Positions 60,237-64,000 of a DNA stretch of 64,000 nt are shown here, piece by piece (position 1 is the first letter of the stretch; each line of letters begins with the position of its first letter). A program made the position numbers and the translations under genes. Below the pieces are notes generated by a model. That model saw only the letters and a program-made list of their open reading frames with translations, searched no databases and had not been told where the DNA came from. Origin of the DNA: Alphaproteobacteria bacterium (GTDB taxonomy: Bacteria; Pseudomonadota; Alphaproteobacteria; UBA828); NCBI GenBank assembly GCA_965214705.1, contig OZ243972.1, positions 2,912,001 to 2,976,000 on the forward strand. Direction: 5' to 3'.

Positions 60237-62972
60237 CTACGCCCTCCGGCGACCCTGCTTGCGGGGAAAGAGGAAGATGCGCGCCTCCCGGCTCAGCCCG
60301 CCGCGAAGCCCCGCCTCCTCGCACGTGCGGGCGCTGCGGTCCAGGTTGTGCCGAATCTCAGGCTCCGCCCTGGCCACCTCCGCCACCTCCCTCAGCAGCG
60401 GAGAGGGAACCCCGCGCAGCCAGTGCCGGTCGATCAAGCCTTCCAGCGTCTCCAGCTCGCGTGACGCCTCGTCGTCGTCGAACAACGAGGTCTGGCAGGG
60501 CTGGCCCGGCAATCCCGCCTGCAGGCCGACTCGCAGCGCATCCAGGAACGCGTCGAGAGACGGCTCTTCGCCGGACGGCTCTTCCTCGGGTCCCAGCATA
60601 TCGCCCAGCAGGTTCGAGAGCGGTCCCGGATCGTCCCCGCCGAACAGCGGCTCGGGCGGGTCCAGAAGCCCGAAGTCGAATGTGTGAAGCGCCTCGCGCA
60701 GGATGCCCGCGGTGACCCGGGCAAGCCGCCCGGCTCCCGCCCGGAGCCGCTCGCGCTCGGTCGGGGCTGCCGATTGCAGCGCCTCAACGAAGCGCCTGGA
60801 ATCGTCGTCGTCACCTTCCTGGTAGCGGATCGCCGCAAGGTACAGGAGCAGCAACGGATCCCGCTCCGCCTTGCTCGTTCCGGCCAGGCGAAGCCCGATC
60901 TCGGCCCGCACAGCAGCCCGGTCGCCGCAGTCCATCAGGATGTCGAAGACATCCAGCAGGCCGTCGTCCCGCTGGCCGCGCATGATCGCGCTCCACCAGT
61001 CGGCCAGGACCGGGGCGACATGGAGACGCCCGTATAGGATCCCAAAATCCGCAGGAAGCGGAGCGAGAAGACCGACCGCCTCCTCCGCATCGATGTCATC
61101 GATCATGGGCGCCCTGAGAGCCAGAAGACCTAGCACGGCATGCGTCATCTCGGGCGTGACGTTCTTGACGGTGCTGTTCGCTTCCAGCTCGTGAAGCAAC
61201 AGCGCCAGAGTCCTGATCTGCCCAGCAGGAGGCAGGGCGGAAAGACGGGGAGCCACGACCGCGGCGGCATCCCCGCCCGACGACACCAGGTCCAGCAGAA
61301 GCCTCTTCACCGGCACGATGTCTGTCAGCCGGGAGCCCCCCAGCGCCTCGGCCCGCTGCAAATCCCGGGCCGCCAGCTCGAACCGTCCGCTCTTGCGGCT
61401 CTGGTCCGATGACTTGAGGAAGCCCACGGCCTGCAGGCCAACGATGCGCTCGTCATGCGGAGCGCGCCGCCGGGCCTCGGCAAGAGCCTCCTCCGCCCGC
61501 CGGTACGCATTGCCGGCGTAGTGAAGCTCGGTCAACTCAAGCCAGGGCTCAGCATCCTCGGGAAATCGGGCCGCCGTGTCCTCCAGCACCCGCCGCAGAC
61601 GGTTCCTGTCCTGCCTGCGGCCCCGCAACAGCTCCGCCAGGAAGCGATAGCCGTCGCGGTTGCCGGGATCGGCCAGCAGGCTCTCCTGCATCAGATCGGC
61701 AAACACCGTCCCGGCCTCGAAGGACCGCCCATCGAGAAGCAGGATCAGCTCCCGCACCTTCGGGGTCGGCAGCAGCTCCGGCTGCACGCTCCGATGTCCG
61801 ATCCTCGCCAGCGCCTCGTATACGCGGCCCCGAACCAGAGCATGATCCCCGGACCGGGGGAACTCCTCGCGAAGGCGGCCCAGCAGGGATCCCGCCGCCC
61901 CGGGGTTCCATGCGCCCAGGGAGGCCTGCTGAAGAACCAACCCGATCCTGGCGATCAGGCCCGGAACCCGCCTGGCCGGCAGAAGGTGCTGTGCCAGCCG
62001 CTCCACTGCGCCCATGGAGAGGTGGCTGCGCGCGGTGGCCAAGCCCGCAATCTGCACCAGATCGACAAGCGCCGGCAGGGGATCGTCGGGGCTGAGTGCA
62101 TCGGCCAGGCGGCTCATCAGTCGCTCGATGACCCGCTCGCGCTCGTTCCTGCGAAGAGCCTGGCGCAACTCCGCGCCCAGCTCCGAGACCGTCGTGCCGT
62201 CCGTCCCCAGGGCCCGCTGAACCCTGGACGAGCCGCCCTTGCCCCCGCCCCCGCCAGCCCGCCGCAACTCGGCGACGATGCCGGCAAGCGCGAACTCCCC
62301 GGGCAGAAGGTCCGCCGCCCGGCGCAGGCCCTCGTCGTCGCCGGCACCGAAACACGCCATCGCCTTGCAGAACACGCGCCAGGCCGCGAACGGCGAGCGC
62401 CGGTGCAGCCCGCGCAGCAGATCCGCCGCACGCTCCCACTCTCCCGCGTCCATCGCGTCGAGGCCGCGCATGACGTGATCCGCGTCGCGGCGAAGCGCAT
62501 GGCTCGCATCGAGGGCGTCCAGACTCGCCCAGCACCGCCGGGTCACCAGCCTGTCGGCGAGCAGGCGCTCAGCCCCGGCGATCGGCGATCCCCCCTTCAG
62601 GTATGCCGCGTAGGTTGCGACCGCCTCGCCAGGATCAAGATGGCGGAGGTAGCACACCAGATCCTCCTCCCCCAGCGCCCCGGCAGGGATGGATGACCGC
62701 TGTTCGGCGGCCCGCGCGCGCATGGCGGCCGACTCCTTCTTCTGACCTCTCCGCGCCAGTTGACGGGCCCGCTGCGTCAAGGCGCAGAAGTGCAGGCACG
62801 CCTTGCCCGCCGGGTCGTGCTCCCCGTCCGGCACCCGCTTCAGGAGATCGAGGGCGCCGCGGGCGTCCCCGCTGGCCAGCCGCCGACGGGCCTGATTCAG
62901 CTGCTGGACGGCGGTGACCTTGCCAGGCCGCTTGCGCCTGCGCCCCTTGCGGCTGTGCTTCCTCGACGCCAT
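60237..62972 (-). CDS. Large alpha-helical TPR-like protein (about 910 aa)
   Basis: Basic N-terminus MASRKHSRKGRRRKR; TPR-like repeats (ARFPEDAEPWLELTELHYAGNAYRRAEEALAEARRRAPHD); SPFAAW..F.KA motif; acidic C-terminal region. Confidence 0.8.
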   Translation of the reverse strand: MASRKHSRKGRRRKRPGKVTAVQQLNQARRRLASGDARGALDLLKRVPDGEHDPAGKACLHFCALTQRARQLARRGQKKESAAMRARAAEQRSSIPAGALGEEDLVCYLRHLDPGEAVATYAAYLKGGSPIAGAERLLADRLVTRRCWASLDALDASHALRRDADHVMRGLDAMDAGEWERAADLLRGLHRRSPFAAWRVFCKAMACFGAGDDEGLRRAADLLPGEFALAGIVAELRRAGGGGGKGGSSRVQRALGTDGTTVSELGAELRQALRRNERERVIERLMSRLADALSPDDPLPALVDLVQIAGLATARSHLSMGAVERLAQHLLPARRVPGLIARIGLVLQQASLGAWNPGAAGSLLGRLREEFPRSGDHALVRGRVYEALARIGHRSVQPELLPTPKVRELILLLDGRSFEAGTVFADLMQESLLADPGNRDGYRFLAELLRGRRQDRNRLRRVLEDTAARFPEDAEPWLELTELHYAGNAYRRAEEALAEARRRAPHDERIVGLQAVGFLKSSDQSRKSGRFELAARDLQRAEALGGSRLTDIVPVKRLLLDLVSSGGDAAAVVAPRLSALPPAGQIRTLALLLHELEANSTVKNVTPEMTHAVLGLLALRAPMIDDIDAEEAVGLLAPLPADFGILYGRLHVAPVLADWWSAIMRGQRDDGLLDVFDILMDCGDRAAVRAEIGLRLAGTSKAERDPLLLLYLAAIRYQEGDDDDSRRFVEALQSAAPTERERLRAGAGRLARVTAGILREALHTFDFGLLDPPEPLFGGDDPGPLSNLLGDMLGPEEEPSGEEPSLDAFLDALRVGLQAGLPGQPCQTSLFDDDEASRELETLEGLIDRHWLRGVPSPLLREVAEVARAEPEIRHNLDRSARTCEEAGLRGGLSREARIFLFPRKQGRRRA

Positions 62973-63024
62973 GCCCGCTTGCTCGATGGTCAGGGTAGCC
63001 GGAGCCCTGGGAGCCGGCAGGCGA

Positions 63025-63330
63025 TCATATCCGCGACGTAGGCTTAGCGGTAGCCCGTGCATCCGCAGTGTCCTCCGGGATTGCCTCGGCCGCGGCGAGA
63101 GCCGCCGACATGGCTTCGGTCACGCGCGAGGCGTCGCTCGCCTTGTGCAAGGCCTTGGAGATCGCAGCGAGCGCCTCGACCCGACTGGCGGGATCCTCGA
63201 TACCGTTTGCAACCCGCGATGCTTTCACCAGTGTTGCAATCGGGCTCGGCGGGGACACAGCCTCGTCTATGGAATCGGACAAGACGGTAGGCTCAGCGTC
63301 GAGATGGCTCGGACTCATTCCGGGTGCTGA
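63025..63330 (-). pseudogene. Probable truncated helical-repeat gene fragment
   Basis: A..IEDPASRVEALAAISKAL...ALAAAEAIPE resembles one unit of a TPR/HEAT-like repeat; its 5' end runs into an inverted repeat at 63328-63372. Confidence 0.4.
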
Positions 63331-63453
63331 CTCAGTCTGAAAACTGAACTGGATTGATTTCAAACAGAGTCACTCCGTTTCACAGTTGACACGAGCGGTA
63401 AAGTTCGATCACACTTTACCGATAACTAGCGACATACGCCGAGGGAATAAGTG

Positions 63454-63684
63454 ATGCCGATAGGACCGAACGGAGAGAAACGACCGCAGTCGTCCCATTC
63501 CGCAGCCATTATGGTTGCCAAGATCGCTACCGGCGAAATCGAGGAGGAATACGCCGAGGGTGATGCGGGGGGTTCTAAAGAAGGACCGCTCAAGAAGTCG
63601 GTGGGGCCGGTGTTTCTACGAGTGGCGAAAGATGACCGGGCCGCTCGGGGTACGCGGGGTATGAGGCTTCAAAGGGCTAAGTAG
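63454..63684 (+). CDS. Small hypothetical protein of the MP.GP.GEKRP...IATGE type, recalled as IS/transposon-associated
   Basis: MPIGPNGEKRPQSSHSAAIMVAKIATGEIEEE after GAGGGA; TTGACA upstream at 63386. Confidence 0.65.
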   Translation: MPIGPNGEKRPQSSHSAAIMVAKIATGEIEEEYAEGDAGGSKEGPLKKSVGPVFLRVAKDDRAARGTRGMRLQRAK

Positions 63685-63687
63685 TGG

Positions 63688-63864
63688 TCAATTTTGGTAC
63701 AGAGGAGGCCAGCGTACTCGTCCGGTCTTCAAATTCACGACAGCTCCTTGTTGGAGCAGAACCTTTAGGGCATAAAAATTACGTCTCGCCTCGCCGAGAG
63801 TACTAACGAACACCTTTATTTCAGCTTTGGTCATAGTTCTTTTCGAGGATTGTGGCCGGGTCAT
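63688..63864 (-). CDS. Small hypothetical protein (58 aa)
   Basis: GGAG-N7-ATG at 63864; upstream TTGACA (63958-63953) N16 TAGAAT (63936-63931); convergent with 63454..63684. Confidence 0.5.
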   Translation of the reverse strand: MTRPQSSKRTMTKAEIKVFVSTLGEARRNFYALKVLLQQGAVVNLKTGRVRWPPLYQN

Positions 63865-64000
63865 TTGCTCACTCCATGAGGTTGAATGACTCTCTTGGGC
63901 CTGAGTGGTCGCCGCCACTCAGGCCCATCTATTCTAGGCCAAGCCTTAGAAATGTCAAGCCGTCTCGCTGAACGGCTCAAGATTCCCAAAGAACTTCCAC

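Overview
GC-rich window from an Alphaproteobacterium (Rhodospirillales-like by gene order and promoter style; inferred, not searched). 1-18.2 kb is core: pheT(partial)-pheS-rplT-rpmI-infC-thrS, greA-carB-carA and yqeY-dnaG-rpoD. It is interrupted by a complete ISAs1-family element (10-bp target duplication) whose transposase carries an N-terminal DUF4338/DruA-like domain and an A-AAA-AAC -1 frameshift. 18-22 kb holds a DMT transporter, a Sel1/peptidoglycan-binding protein and an amidase. 22-43 kb is an accessory catabolic island opened by an IS1634 element: a lower-GC sugar-type ABC operon with PxpB/PxpC-like genes inside it, an aldehyde dehydrogenase, and a Liv-type ABC + hydantoinase/oxoprolinase AB + fold-IV aminotransferase operon. 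43-54 kb holds a molybdo-oxidoreductase, a TbpB-like lipoprotein, irr-rubrerythrin with an Irr box, a serine hydrolase/2OG-Fe(II) oxygenase pair, an orphan CoxL-like subunit and ilvA. 54-64 kb looks mobile: an orphan Mu-like DUF3486 gene with phased repeats, an intact tyrosine integrase and, as the best candidate for an undescribed system, a tightly coupled five-gene operon (910-aa TPR-like protein, J-domain with HPPS instead of HPD, GrpE-like, non-housekeeping Hsp70, Zn-ribbon/helical protein). No tRNA, rRNA or CRISPR array was seen. All family assignments come from motif recognition by eye; no searches were run.
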